A stretch of 64,000 nucleotides of DNA from Lingula anatina (taxonomy: Eukaryota > Animalia > Brachiopoda). The notes under the pieces were generated by a model. The model saw only the letters and a list, made by a program, of their open reading frames with translations, was not told where the DNA came from and searched no databases. The stretch covers positions 25,424,848 through 25,488,847 of the forward strand of contig CM120643.1 in the NCBI GenBank assembly GCA_051362555.1, given 5' to 3'. Position 1 is the first letter of the stretch, and every line of letters starts with the position of its first letter. Shown here in pieces: positions 1 through 14,682 of the stretch. A program made the position numbers and the translations under genes.

Positions 1-716
1 AAAGTGTTTGAAAGTTATGCAGGTAGGGGGCTAAAGCAATATTATATATGTTTTTTTAATTGTGGATAAAGCGAAATGTCTGCACCTTTGAAATCTTCCA
101 CTATCACAAGACCATTTAATTTTTGCAGATTTTGTGAAATCAGATATGATTTATGCTGCATGCATTGATGGATTTTGTGTGGGATTTTGGCACAAAAACA
201 ATCCACAAAGTTTCCTGGGGTCCAAAAGAAGTTTTAAGACTTATCTGAAGTATTAAGACTAAAATCATATTATAAAAAAGGAACTAAGGAGAAATCTACT
301 AGGAAAAGAAAGTTAACCTGTTTACTGCTAATGAAACACTTTTGAAATCAATTTCATAAGGATAAAGAAATGATATAAGATGTGTAATGCACAGAGATGT
401 ACAGCACATGTACATCAGTCATAGTTTTATCTGTATGTAGATGTTGTTCAGTATGTTATCAGGTTTAATTCTGTATTTTTAATTAACAAACACGATAAAA
501 ACTTGAAAATATAGTTGGTCTTGAAATTTTTGTCAGAAGATGATTCCCTGCAGAAGAAAATCTTTTGAAAATTTCATCACACTTGAAAAAGAGACTCTTG
601 ATAATTTTGAAAAGTTTGTCTCCAAATATCGCCATGTCTGATTCCAACATTTAAAGAAATTCGTTAATTTTTAAGTCAGGAAATTTTCAAGTTTTTACCC
701 TATTTTGCCACTTCAG

Positions 717-3593
717 GGCTGATGCAGTGTATCAAAGCATGAAGTCCATGTATGGGGCAGGGAGCTGCCACCTGCTGCAGATCAACTCCAGGTCCGTCAG
801 CAGCAAGGAGAACCTGAACAATGAACCTGATCCGTGGAGCCAGTTTATGCCAAAGAATGATTCGGTAAATGGACAGTTAATATTTTCATGCGTGCATCTC
901 ACGTAATATTGATTACAGACCCTCCCAAGGCATTAGAACGTTTTAAGAAGTCAATGGTTAATGGATATTTTCCTAATTTTAGAAGTGTTCTCTAGTAAAT
1001 AAAACCTGCTGTGACATGTAAGAAACTTCTAGAAAAATGATAAAATGCTTTACTTTGAAAAAGGCCTCGTCTTGAGCAATTTAGCCAAGTTGGCTTTGGC
1101 TCATTTGTTATTGAACACATGCTTCAGTGTGTTTTTGGAATAAAAAGACTGAAGAAGACAGTATCCACCCATTAATTGTATTACTATACTGTTGTATGTT
1201 ATAGGAGTCATTGGATATGGAAGCCAGCCTGTTCAGCAAGAATGACTCCAGTTTTCCCTCCAGGGTCACAGAAGGTGAGGGAACACTGCGCATGGAGACT
1301 GTCATAGAAGATGCTACAGAGGTCAAAGAAGGTACCAATCATAAAGATTACTGCTCATGTTTTGTACAAGCAGCATCAAACACCCTCTCTTTAGATAACT
1401 ATGACTGTTAATGCCATGGGCACTGTTTGCTGAATACACTTCTTGGCAATATCAGTCACTAAAATATACCATATTTTGTCAGTTTTTATCATGTTTTAAA
1501 GATTTGCCTGTTGTGGATATGATGTTTAAAAAAAAAAATTCTGTCACACCTTGCCTTTTTACCGCTGGCTCAATCGCCATTTTGTTTTTGCTGCCTTTTC
1601 AGAACCCAGCATGCAGAAGAGTGCCTCTGCCCCAGTGATGTCACACCCTCTAGATGACAACACGGTAGATGGTGGCTGGAGTGAAACGGCTGACAGAGGG
1701 CAGCAGCAGCAGCAAGACAGCACAGATGGCACCCCTGCAGACCCCTCTGCTCAATCTAAAGGCATTCCCAATCAAACACAAGCTAAAGCTCGGCCAGTAG
1801 TCAATGGCGATCTTGCTGCGTCTAGTCAGCATGGACTCTGTCTGACACCAAGCGACCATGACAGGCTGAAGATATTCATTCACGAGTTTTTGGTTCGAGG
1901 GCTGATACCATGGGCTGAGAGGATGATCAGGACTCTAAATGACCAGGTAAACTGTAGATTATTTCTTCATGCTGGAAATGGTTAATTAGTGTGGTGACAA
2001 AGAAACGGACAAAAAGTTTTGATATAAGGACTCGTATTGAAAATTTTGTCTTCCGCTCCCAATTTGCACATTTCAGAATAAATTTGAGGCATGGCTCACT
2101 ACTTGTGGTGGATAAATGTTTTGTATTTAAATCTGTATTGAAGCCATTCTATTAAAACCATTTGAAACAAACAACTTTTATCTTATATATTTGGCCATTT
2201 ATATCTCCAGGTGTCATCTCGTAAGCGTTCCTTATTCAGTGGTGCTAAGAAGTGGTTTGGTGGCTACAAACCCAATGACAAGCCTACGAACAATACAACA
2301 GTGGTGTAAGCATTTTATTCATCATCTTGTGCAGTACCTTTGATAGTGTAACGTTATTTCCATAGCATACAGAATTAACTAAGTTATTATTTGTTATCGG
2401 GAATTATACAGGTCAGATACTTAAACTTTGGGCCATCTATGGCTGTCCAGTTAGTCTTAATGCTGTCAGCTATACCAAAAAGCCAAACATGGGCAAAACA
2501 TAGATTGCAATTTTTGCTAAATTGTTCTTTCCCAATTCACATGTCCAGCTATACACCTGAAGCCCCAGAAATGCAGACACGGCGGCTGGCAGACCTGGCC
2601 TTCATGTTCCAGTTGTATGAAATAGCTTACCAGACATATCATGCCCTGAAGAGAGACTTCAACAATGATCATGCTTGGCTACACCACGCTGGAGCACTGG
2701 TTAGTCCTGTCTTGCATTAAACAGCCAGTGACACCTATAGTTGTGCACACAAGCAGCAGATATGTACATTGCTATACTTTACTTGCCTTCTAATGTAAAA
2801 GTTACTGTTTCTGTTGAGTTTAAATGTTAATTTCAGTGATGAATTACAATATAAGTAACTCCTTGGGTTTGATTCATCCTGGATAAGAAGTCTCCTTGTT
2901 TCGTGTGTGAATGCATTGGTGTTTGGTTGGAGGCTTGGAGGCTGTGTTTAAAATTTGTCTCTGCATGAGTGCAAAGGACTTCATTGTCATATTGAACCCC
3001 CAATTGCATCTGTTGAGACAGCATCATATCTACCACATTTTCCCTTGCAGGAAATGGCCAGCCTGGCAGTGTTTATGCAGGGTAGTCAGACACAGAGACA
3101 GTATCCAGCACATTATATAGAGTCTGCCATTGCCTCCTATCTCAACACGTGCAAGTAAGTCACATTGTTGATTGCATTAAGTTTGGCAGGAAGAGAATGT
3201 GGTTAAATGAATACAGTTTTATTTCACAGTTTACCTGGATTTTGACATTTTCTTTTTTTCTGTTTTCATTTCATTTTATTACATTTTCAGTCAGTTCTTA
3301 CAGTTTAATCTATTTATATTTTGTTGGCCTCTTCAGAAGATTATATTTGTTTTGGGTTAGAAAGAACATAGAACTCCTTTTTGTACACAGTTGGCTTTAT
3401 TTTCAGATTATTCAAAATTGCTGATAGCCGATAGCCGGTCACTAAAATAAAAAAAAAAAAAATACAATATAATATATTCAAAAGTATAATATAAAACAAT
3501 GATTCTCATAAATTAAAACAAATACACTTACATAAATTGTGGAGTCTATTTCTTATAAAGGAATCATGTCATTCTGTCCTTCTCCAGTAAAGT

Positions 3594-3679
<86 letters not shown>

Positions 3680-6600
3680 TCTCAGTAGGTGTGGTCTTTT
3701 GTATTCATGCATCACATGAGTGAGTGACCACATTCCACATTTGCTTGACTGAACAGTTTTTGTCAATATTTTGTGGATCCTAGAACAATATTTCAGGCCT
3801 TCATATCTTAAAACGTTGTTTATTTGTTTTGAAATGCTTGGCTTAGAAGTTTCTGTATGTGAAATTATTTATCTGTATGTGTTATTATCATAAATCTGCA
3901 AGTTAATTTGCTAGAGGGTTTTATTCACTCATGCTTTCAAAAAAAAATGAATGAGCAGATCTTTAAAGTTAAAGCAATAATAACTCTTCGTTTTGGCCAA
4001 AAAATGAATTTTCCTGGAGTAAACATCAATTTTCCCATACTTACCAATGGTTAATGAATCCATTTTTACATTCAAAGTTAGTCCCTGGTTTTTTTCTAAA
4101 AAGTTTGGTTTTTTGTTAAAATCTCTTAAGAAATTTTAACAGAGTATAGACATCAATGGAGGTCACGTGGTCTAAAGACAAGTTCAGATATCAGAATAAT
4201 AGCTATAACTGCTGTTTTTGTGGTAAAACAGAATATATTATATTTCTATGAGTTATTCACAAGGTTTTTATTGTGAAATATAGATCTCATATGAAGAGTT
4301 ATTATCCCTTTAATAATTATTTAAATTCTCCAGGTCTCCCCAGTTTGCCACCAGGGCCACTTTGATGAGCAAGTCTTTGAAGTTAATAATTATTACCATT
4401 CTCCAGGTCTCCCCAGTTTGCTACCAGGGCCACCTTGATGAGCACGGAGGCACTGAAGAGCAGAGGCATGTATGCAGAGGCAGCTATGCAGTTTATCAAG
4501 ATGACCAGTGAGGTGAGGGGACATAGTCACAATGTTTAAATTGCCTACTGGCTCTTAAGACTGGCATAAAACAGGAATAGTGACCAGTCACTGAAGAAAG
4601 TTTTAAACATAAACTGGTCCAACTTTAGTTTTACAGGCATTTATCATGGGTCCATTTTATCACAAGAGGGCGCCACTCCCATTAAGTACCATGGGCCTTT
4701 AAGGCAGAATCTAATTATGAGTTGGTCAGCTGGAAAGATATGATTTAGAGTTGCAATATGTCATTAAAGGAAAATAAAAGCTGCCCATAATGCCCTACAA
4801 ATTATAAAGTTGGATATTTACTGAAAAGTTGGACACTGAGGTGTTTAGTACTTTTTTAAGATGGTTTGGGAAAATTCTGAAAGACTCAGTCCTATTTCAT
4901 AGGATCAGATCTGATCTCAGTGGTCAGAAGTCCTTTTTAAAAATGAGCAAATGCATTTAATTTTTTTTCCATTGAATGAGAATTTGACTTAACAAAATTT
5001 TTTCATGTATCAATGATGTTGTCTGTCTTTAAGATTTACTAGACTGCTTTGTGGTTTCAATATTTTTTCATTTGGATTATGCATTTTATGAAGCCTCAGT
5101 GCTGTGGTTGTGACATCCCTTGTATTCTAGTATGATTATTATACACCCTGGGTGTTATTTTTGTTTGAGTTTTTCTTCTGTATATTTCAATGCAGTCGAT
5201 CAAGGTTTTTGGAGAGGTAAGTGAATACAATGCATTACGCATTGTTGTCTATGAAAGTGAATCAGAGTTGGTAGGAATTTTAAGTTAACATGATCAGAAT
5301 TTTCATTTCCTGTTTGAAATTTTTCTGTGTTCAAATGCTGTGATGACTTTGCAGTGAATTAGAAGAACTTTAACTTTCTGTAGAATGGTATCAGAAGGTG
5401 AAATTTTCGGTTTCGGAAATTAGTGAAGAGATTTGCCTCTATGACCCTAAGTCACAGTCAGGACAAGCTTATTATTTAGTGAAAAAAACTGAAACACACT
5501 CCAACCCATGTACAGGATTTATTTATTTATTTATTATACAAATTGTGTTTAGTTGTTGTATAAGGATCTTGCTGGGTTAAATTGTCACCTGTTGTGGTAG
5601 ACAAGCTACTCTGTCCTCAAAAAAGGAAAATGCTTCAAGGAAAAAAATTAATTGAAAATCACTGTTTTGGCTTTGAAAATGGGTAACTGACTTTTGGCAT
5701 GGCTCAGCGTATTCAGTTATTGGTTAAAAAGGTATTTAAGCGACTCTTAACATCAGTCACGCTACTTTTGCTGTGGCTGAACTTATTCAGCTATATGGCA
5801 GAAATAAGATTTATACTGAAATTAGCCCCGTGATGTTGCTTATTGTTGCATGGTATGTTTAATGAACACGATAATGCAATGTAATCCATGTAAAACTACG
5901 CTTGTAAGTTGGATATTTTGGTTCATTTTCGTGTGTATTTGTTGTAGTTGTCCTGACATTATTTGTTGTTCACCTGTAATTTTGTTTTTGTTATATTTTT
6001 TTCTCCAATTTCATTTTATAGTAAAATTGTGCTGTTAAATGTTTGTGTTTTGATTTTAATATGCTCCATATTGTCTTTAATGTTTTTTTCACAGTCTTTA
6101 TATGTAAGTATATCAGAGACCCTTCCCCTGGAGATCACCCATGTACAAAAAGTGATCTAAGGAGATATTTCCAAATCACCATTTTTTAAACAGCTTTCCA
6201 TAAAGTTGTCTTAATTTTTCTGCTTTTCTTATATTTTATCCTCATTGAAAAGTGTCTGGAACCATGTTTACGTTTTGAGAAGAGATGTTTTTTATAAATA
6301 ATATATCCTCAAATTTTAAGTGTCCCCAAACACTGGACTCATTCGACATTTGTAATATCCTTAAAAAAACCATATAAGATCTGCCTCTGATTTCACTGGC
6401 TTCACATTTACATTACATCACAAGCCCAAGCAATGTTTACAGCCGACTTTTGTAATTTATTCATTATATTCAATGCTGCAATTTTTTTCTCTCTTTCCAG
6501 GACTCAGACCTCCGCAGTGCCCTGATGCTGGAGCAGGCTGGCCACTGTTTTATCAACATGAAGCTGCCCATGGTGAGAAAGTACGCATTCCACATGATCC

Positions 6601-9600
6601 TGGCTGGACACAGGTTTAACAAGGCAGGCCAGAGACGCCACGCCCTCAGAGCCTACAGCCAGGCACTGCAGGTTTATAAGGGGAAAGACTGGATACTCGC
6701 AGAGGTAGGTTTCGCCGTAAATTTTCTGAATTAATTACTAGATATGTAATCTGTGCCAGATATATTTCTGCTGTGACTGAGGTAGCAGTAACACTAGCCA
6801 AAGCTAAAACCGACTTAAATTGGCTAAACAAAATAGGTTGACTTGACTTGTTTTAGTTAAATTGAAGCCATCAAAAGAAAAAAGTTACAAAAAGGAGTGA
6901 TTTGGCTAAACGAAGATATTGCTAGCGCTACTCCAGTGTGTCTGACACAATAATGATGTTGTGCCCTCCTCATTTGATGGAGCACCTAATGATTCTAAGA
7001 AGCTTATTGTTGTAGGAGAGCTGACAAATTTGAGTATTTTAACCCAACTTAATGCTTGATACTTGCAATGGAAAGTAAGACTGTTTTTAGCTTGGGAGAC
7101 CAGACATTTTCATTTTGCATGTCCAACAGATGTACATGACAATTTTCCTCAGTTTGACAGCTGAACTGATGTGATATATTTTAATAATTACATTTTGTTC
7201 GTGAATCATACCAAGTCTTGTTGAAATCATATAACACTATCGCTGATCCAGGGATAAATGAATATCAAAAAGAGACTTAACATCTAGTACACATTAATTT
7301 GTTCTAAATAAGACATAATCTAAACACATAGGTTTCTATGGAGATATAATTTATGAAGATGTTGTTAATACTCTGTTTAGGATCACATCAACTTCACAGT
7401 GGGCAGGCAGTCCTTTAATCTGAAACAGTTAGACAACGCTGCCTCAGCTCTCAGGCATCTGTTATGTAGGTCAAGTCAACAGACACCTGCTCAGCAGGGG
7501 GCATTTCTCAAGGAGTACCTGTTTGTATTCAAGGTAATGTGCTCAAAAAATAGTATTTTTTTTTCCACAAACATCTTTGGGGTCTTGAACATTGATGCTT
7601 TGTTCAAAATAATGCACGGCCTTTTTGTTTGCTGGTTTGTGCTTTATAAGACATACATTTCAAGAAATATGATACTTTTTTGCTTCAAAAAAAAAAAAAA
7701 ACAGCTTTCATTTAATGATTGAAATAATATAAATTGTTTTATCTGTTTATGCTAGTGGTTGTTAGAAGTCAACCTATAATATTCATTCCATCTTTAATAT
7801 TAAATATTAGAAGTACTTCTGTAAATTTCAGTGGATCTCCAATATTTAGTGACAGTTTGTAAAATACCTCTTTACTTATCCATAAAGTAACTAACATGTA
7901 AACTTTAAATATTGTTATATTCCAGCAACACCTTCAGCAAGGCTCCAGTGTTGACGGCCTGCCTCAGTTGCCTCTGCCTTCTGTCAATGGAAACACGGCT
8001 AAAGTACTGCTCTGTCAACCTGGGCAGTGTCCACAAGGTTGGCCTGCTTATATTATAGCCCTAATCACATGTGCTTGATTTCTATAATGACCATGCATTG
8101 TTTGCTGTAAGAATTTGTGTATCCATTCACAGTTGTAAATTTCCTTTGTTGTTTTAAGATATCAGTAGTGTTTGGGATCTTTCTTATTAGGAATGTGGCT
8201 TTGTTAATTTGAGGCACATTGAAATATGCATTACATATTTAATTAGTGACAGTTTTCAAATAGACATGAGTGAAAGATGTTATAAGCAACTTTGCCATCA
8301 GCATCAAGTTTGAGGATTGCATCTCTCTCACAGTAATTCATAATACACTTACTGTAGTTGTTGATGGGAAATGTCTTCTGCATTATACACTGGGCAAATA
8401 CATAAAAATTCAAATAATAATAATAGTAATAATATCAACAACAACAGTGGAAGTCTATGGTTTCTTTAGCTCACTGATTTGACCTTGCTGTTGATAATGG
8501 CAATCACAAACTAAGGAAGGCAGTGGCGGATTGAAGCTGTCTTCTGGGTCTTCCGGAAGACGGTCAAATTTCTAAGTTTACATTGATGAGTACCTAATTT
8601 TTCTGTCGGAAGACAGTCAAAAAATGGAGGATGGATCAAAAAAGATAATGTGGAAGACTGTCCCAAAATATCTCTGGATCCACCCCTTGAAGGATATCAC
8701 TTTTGCTGTTTTCTAGTTTGAAGTTTTTTCATTATTTGATACTAAGTTTCTAAGGCATTTAGTTTTTGGACATTTTGTGAATATATTTGATTCTTCAAAT
8801 TTTATATTCTTTTCCCAGGCAATAAGACCCCTGCCACAGGTGTTGGATTTATAGATGATGGAAGAAGCTTGTCTTGGATGGAACTTGAACAAAAGGTGGC
8901 AGCAACTGTATCCGGCAAACCTGGCAAAGTGCCAGCCAACTTCAAGCCCAGTGTCCAGTGCTTTTCTGACCTCACGAACAACAGTTCACACCCTGTGGCA
9001 GTCATAGGGGGTAAGTAGATTTTTTTTGACTGAAAAACAAAAATATTTTCAAGTTGAAGTATTTTCTTTTCATTTGCTTTATTTTGCATTGCATTTTTAA
9101 TCCATTAGGATTTTTCGTTTCTAGATTAAATCATAATAAATTTGATTGTCACAATCCTTGTTATAAATTGGCATATGGCAGAACTTGATTTATTTTCAGT
9201 GAAACAATATATCAGTATATGTATTCATTACAGAACCCATCTTTGTGGAGATTACATTGGTCAATCCACTGAAGATTTCACTGGTTTTGACTGACATTGT
9301 ATTACTGTGGAGTTTTCTACCTCATGTGGATGAAGAGCAAAATCAAGAAAAGCCCCCACAGTTGATCACCAATGAACATGTAGAAACTGGCAAAGTAAGT
9401 GACCATATTGTAGAATATGCCTCTTTATGGTGATACTGCTTGAAAAGAAATACTGTGTGTAAGATCTCCCAGGAACAGAGACTTTCACATTGACTTCTGT
9501 TATTTGAACTTGATCAAACAATATTTGTAATGAATTTTTGGTGTAATTGCATTCATATATTTATGATAATCGCTTATCTTTTCTGTTGCTGTTCATTTTC

Positions 9601-10101
9601 ATTATCTGTGTTGATACTAGAGCCACAGTTTCTGAGCCATATTTTAGATATTATAGTATATTTTTGTTATTTACTCAAATATAATCCTGCATGACACTTT
9701 CATTTTATTCCCAGAAAACTTTAGCCAATGAATTGGTAGAGAGTGAGGTGATTCCAGAGCTAGTTCTGGAGGCCCTGATGACGGAGCCTCTTCAGTTGTC
9801 TGTGATTCCTAAAAAAGAAGGAGAGCTGCACATAACTGGCATCGCCTATAACCTGGGTACAAGCAGTTCCAGCACAAACACCACCAGCGCCACCAGTGGC
9901 AATGTTATTGCCAATACTGGTGAGCAGAAGCCAAGTTTTATCAGTGGTATCTCTGTGAGGGGGAAGCAAGTGATAGAGGTGCAGGGGCCTCGCCTCAACG
10001 CTTCCAAAGTGGAGAAATGCAGCAAGATTTATGGCCCCGACAGGAGACTGGATGTGCGAATTGTGCCAAAGATGCCTCTGTTAGAGGTAAAGGATTTAAT
10101 C

Positions 10102-10154
<53 letters not shown>

Positions 10155-13100
10155 CAAAGTTGGAGAATTAGCTTAAGTTTAAATGGAATTTTGATCTTAC
10201 AATTAATCAAAGTTATTGAAAAATGAAATCATAATTTTCCGATGTAAACCAATATGCTTTATTGGATTTTCACAATTTTTGCCCTAAATACCTGTTCAAT
10301 ATTTGATACTTGTAATCTGAAAAAATGATATATGTATCAAAAATATTTTATTATATTTTGAGTATTCAAATGATTTCAAGTGATAATTTGGTCTGCAGCC
10401 AAAACTTCTTCCTGTTTTCAATTTATGCAATTTTTAACTGTATCTCTAAGACTTAATATATCTTTTGATTACACCATCATTGAACTGTTATTTTCTCTCA
10501 GGTAAACTTGTACGGTGTTCCCCAGACAATGATGTGTGGAGAGGTCCAACAACTGACAGTGGAGTTCATCAACAGGGGCCCTCTCCCTTTACACAAACTC
10601 TACATGGCCTGCTCCCATCCAAAATTCTGTACTTTTGGGAGCTCTGACACCCTCCCGCAGGCCTCTGCTCTATATCAGTACAACTCCCAGCAGACAGGGT
10701 CAGCAGTGCACAATGAACTTCACGTTGTAAAGGAATTATGGGCGGAGGACGCTCAGCAGGTGCCCTTAAAACGTGACATTTTAGACCAAGGGGGAGTGGT
10801 CAGTGTCCCACTGTGGATTAGGGGACTGGATATCAATGGAGTCCATAATGTGGATTTTCTGTTTTATTATGAACCAGTTGATAGGAAATGTCCATTGATG
10901 AGGTGAGTTCATTTCTACGATGTATATATTTCAAATGGTGTAGAATGTTTTCTTTCTTGTATCAAATCTTAATAAAAATGAGATGCAGCCTTTAAATTAT
11001 GTATATCATACATTTACATTATATTATATACGATGTATGCATTTCTTTTCACTGGTAAATGTAATTTGATCACTCCAGGCATCGTGTTGTCCGCCACACT
11101 GCTGTGATGAGGACCAGCAATGCGCTGAAGCTGACCTCCACTGCCCAGAAGCTGCCTCCCAGTAAGAGGGGACAACTGAACAGTCTGGTGCTGGCACTGG
11201 AGGCAGAGAAGGTGAGTGTGCTGCTGGCACATCTAACACAATGACTCCTTGATCTGAGTTGCATTTGACTGCACAGTACCATACCATACCATACCATACC
11301 ATACCATGTGAAAGTCACAGTACACTATCCCATGAAGTACTGTGCCAAATGATAGCTGCATTACATGTAACCACATTATACTATACTCGGGGGCGGATCC
11401 AGAGATATTTTCTGACAGTCTTCCAAATTATCATTGTTGATCCATCCTTCATTTTTGACCGTTTTCCAACAGAAAAAATTAGATACCCGTCAATGTAAAC
11501 TTGAAAATTTGATGTTTTTCGGGAAGACCCTGAAGACGGCTTCAATCTGCCCCTGATACTGACCTATAGCACAGCATGCCATACAATATGAAAGCTGCAG
11601 AACACCATATAATACCATGTGCTGGCTGCTGTACACTATACCATAACACACAATATCATAAAAAACATGTCATACCATGCACTGTAACATACCATACCAT
11701 ACCATACCATACCATACCTCCGTGTGACAGCTGCTGTCCTCTTCTGTTCCAGGTGTTTGATGCCAGTGTGCTGGAGGTGAGCTTACTGCAGGTGTCCTGT
11801 GCCAGCCCCACCTGGACACTGCATCACCTGAGTACCAGACCACATACAGGTGAGTTCTATAAGATAATATACACCTGGACACTGCATCACCTTAGTACCA
11901 GACCACATACAGGTGAGTTCTATAAGATAATATACACCTGGACACTGCATCACCTTAGTACCAGACCACATACAGGTGAGTTCTATAAGATAATATACAC
12001 CTGGACACTGCATCACCTGAGTACCAGACCACATACAGGTGAGTTCTAGAATTCATTCACACCTGGAATAAAGTGGATTTTATCATTTTGAACACTGTTG
12101 TATCCCAGTGTCAGGTCAAACAAGCATACACATATGCACGCAGGCATGCACGCACGAACGCACGCACGCACGCACAGGGATTAAGCATTTAATTTGTATT
12201 TTAACCTAAAAGCAGTTTTTACCTGTTCATAAATATCAGATACTGAGAATGACACTTGTGAAGTATTTGAGTCACTATCTTCATTTCCACTTGCTTATTA
12301 TTTTTTGACGCCTTTTATGATTTATTGAGAATAATAACTTGTATACATTTCAAATAGTTGTTGCTTTGCTTTAACATTAAATGAATAGAAACTTGGAACA
12401 AAATGCAGGATTTTAAAGTGATCATTCTTGTTAATTACAGATATGAAGTTAAGTGCCACAGAGTCATTATTGATGTCATTCAAGGCCACTAGGTGTCAGG
12501 ACTGTGCTGCAGGTAATTTTTTTGTGATGTTAAAATATACTAGTAGTGCTTGTAACTTTGTTCATTGTTACTCAGATGACATGACTTTTTTTTTCTGTAA
12601 TAGTTAACCAAAGGATTGTTTTGTTTGTTTTTTTACCTTTTACCAAATCTGCTTTTTCAACCAAATTGATTTTTTTCAAATAAATTGTCATTTTTTTTAT
12701 TACAGTGTCATCATCAAAGCTGATTTTCTCAGATGTCACATTTGATCAGCATCAGGTAAGAATTCAAAGTGATTTATGTAACCACAGCAGAAACCTGTTT
12801 AAATATAAGTTTTACATCAGCAATTATCATGATATTATAAAGAAAATAAATAATAAAAACAAAACTGTCATCATCTTTCAGATCAGTAGCACAGGCAGCC
12901 CATGCTGTGATTTCTGCTTTAAGTCTCGCCAGACGTGGAAGTTGGCGTCAAGTAGCAGTGAGGGGGATCCTTCTGTACCCCAGACCACCCCCACCCCACC
13001 GTCACAGGACCAGGGTCTGGAGGACCTGGCACATATAGATCTTAGTTTAATTGTTCTCTGGAAGGTGAGGATCAGGCACATATAGATCTTAGCTTAGTTG

Positions 13101-14643
13101 TTCTCTGGAAGGTAAGAATGTTAATAGCAGCAAGCTAACTACTGAGCATTAAGAAATTGCCTAAGATTTTCGTTAACGTTCACAAACTGGCAATTACTCA
13201 TTTGAAAGTTAGACTGTAGAAAGCAAAAATAATGCTCGATTCTTAACTTGATAATGACACCTGTTATGATTTTAAGGAGTCCTTAAAGTCTTTGAAACTG
13301 AAACTTTGAATTTGGTCATGCTGCTTAGAAAATATTTTGAAAACAATGATTGACCTTCACTTGCTTTGAATGGTTGACCATGAACTGAAAGCAAAACTTT
13401 TAATATAGGCAAGATTTTTCTCTATCTAGATCTTGCCCAGTCCATTTTGTTCATCAATATTATCTTCATAATCAGTTCAAGGTGGTGACAGAGAGTGGTG
13501 CTATAGGGACAATACAGGGACAACATCACCTCCATATAGACAGCCTGGATACCCCTGCCTACTCCCCTGCTGTGAGCAAGGTAGGGACAAATATATACAG
13601 AGATTGAAATATACAGAATTTAAAAAAGATTGTCCAAATTGTAAGTCCAGTGTTAGATTTAATAAAAACTTCCTTTTTGTGAAATATATCAAATATGTCC
13701 TTTTTGTGAACTGGACAAATCCATAGAATTATGCAGAAATTGATAATTTGCCTTAACATATTTTTGATATTGTGAAAAACTGAAATTTATTTGAGTATAA
13801 CTTGTAAGTATCTTGGCAACTGAAGGATATTACAAAGCAGCTATGTTTATTTTAACTGTTATATCTGATTTCGCTGCTGTTTTACCCATAGAAGTGGATG
13901 AGATTTTACTTGTTTTATGTACATTGTTTAGTGTATGGATTCTATAATTTCCCTGGTATTTTAATAGGTTGATAAACTTTGCCATTTAATTCCATGCATA
14001 CAGGTGCCTGTAGAGCATGCCCCAGTGAAAATAATCAAGGACCGCGCCCCTTCATTGCCAAGCCACCCCAATCCTGAACTGGTCTCTCAGCTACTCAAGA
14101 TATGCTTACGGCACAATATGACGGTACTGCATAATTTCCACAAGAACAGGTGAGTTAGCATATGCTGATAAGAAAATATATTACATTTATCCATTGTACT
14201 GTGTAATTTATTTTAGGAAATGAAAAACTAGCTTTTATATGTTTTACTGTGACTTTGGTGCATAATGCCAGATACTTCTTCATTTTCACTAATTTGAATA
14301 TGATGCAATGTGAGGAAAGTTGAGCGCTTTGTCTCAATAATTAGTCAAATGGCTGTCCTTAAATGAAGACCTTTTTTTTTTTTTGCTTAGAAGTATAACG
14401 ACTTACGGTATTTGCTTTAATGTCTTTAAACTTGTGTTAAAATTTCAGATGAAGGGAATACTGCTTTATAACTCATTTAAAAGTCAAATAATTGTGTTGT
14501 CATATATTTGTCAATTCAAATCCCGTATTATTGTTTATTTCAGGCTGTGTTACATGCCAGTTAGTATAGTGCTGCATAACACATCACAGAACACAGTGAA
14601 AGTTGATATGTCTTCCCGTGAACCCAGCTCACACAGGTACAGG

Positions 14644-14682
<39 letters not shown>

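Noticed and set aside
5384-5397. Third microexon candidate (tag/AATGGTATCAGAAG/gtg)
   Set aside because: 14 nt, frame-breaking, weak donor.
11809-12048. CRISPR-like array
   Set aside because: Contiguous near-identical 63-bp units with no unique spacers, in a eukaryotic intron context.
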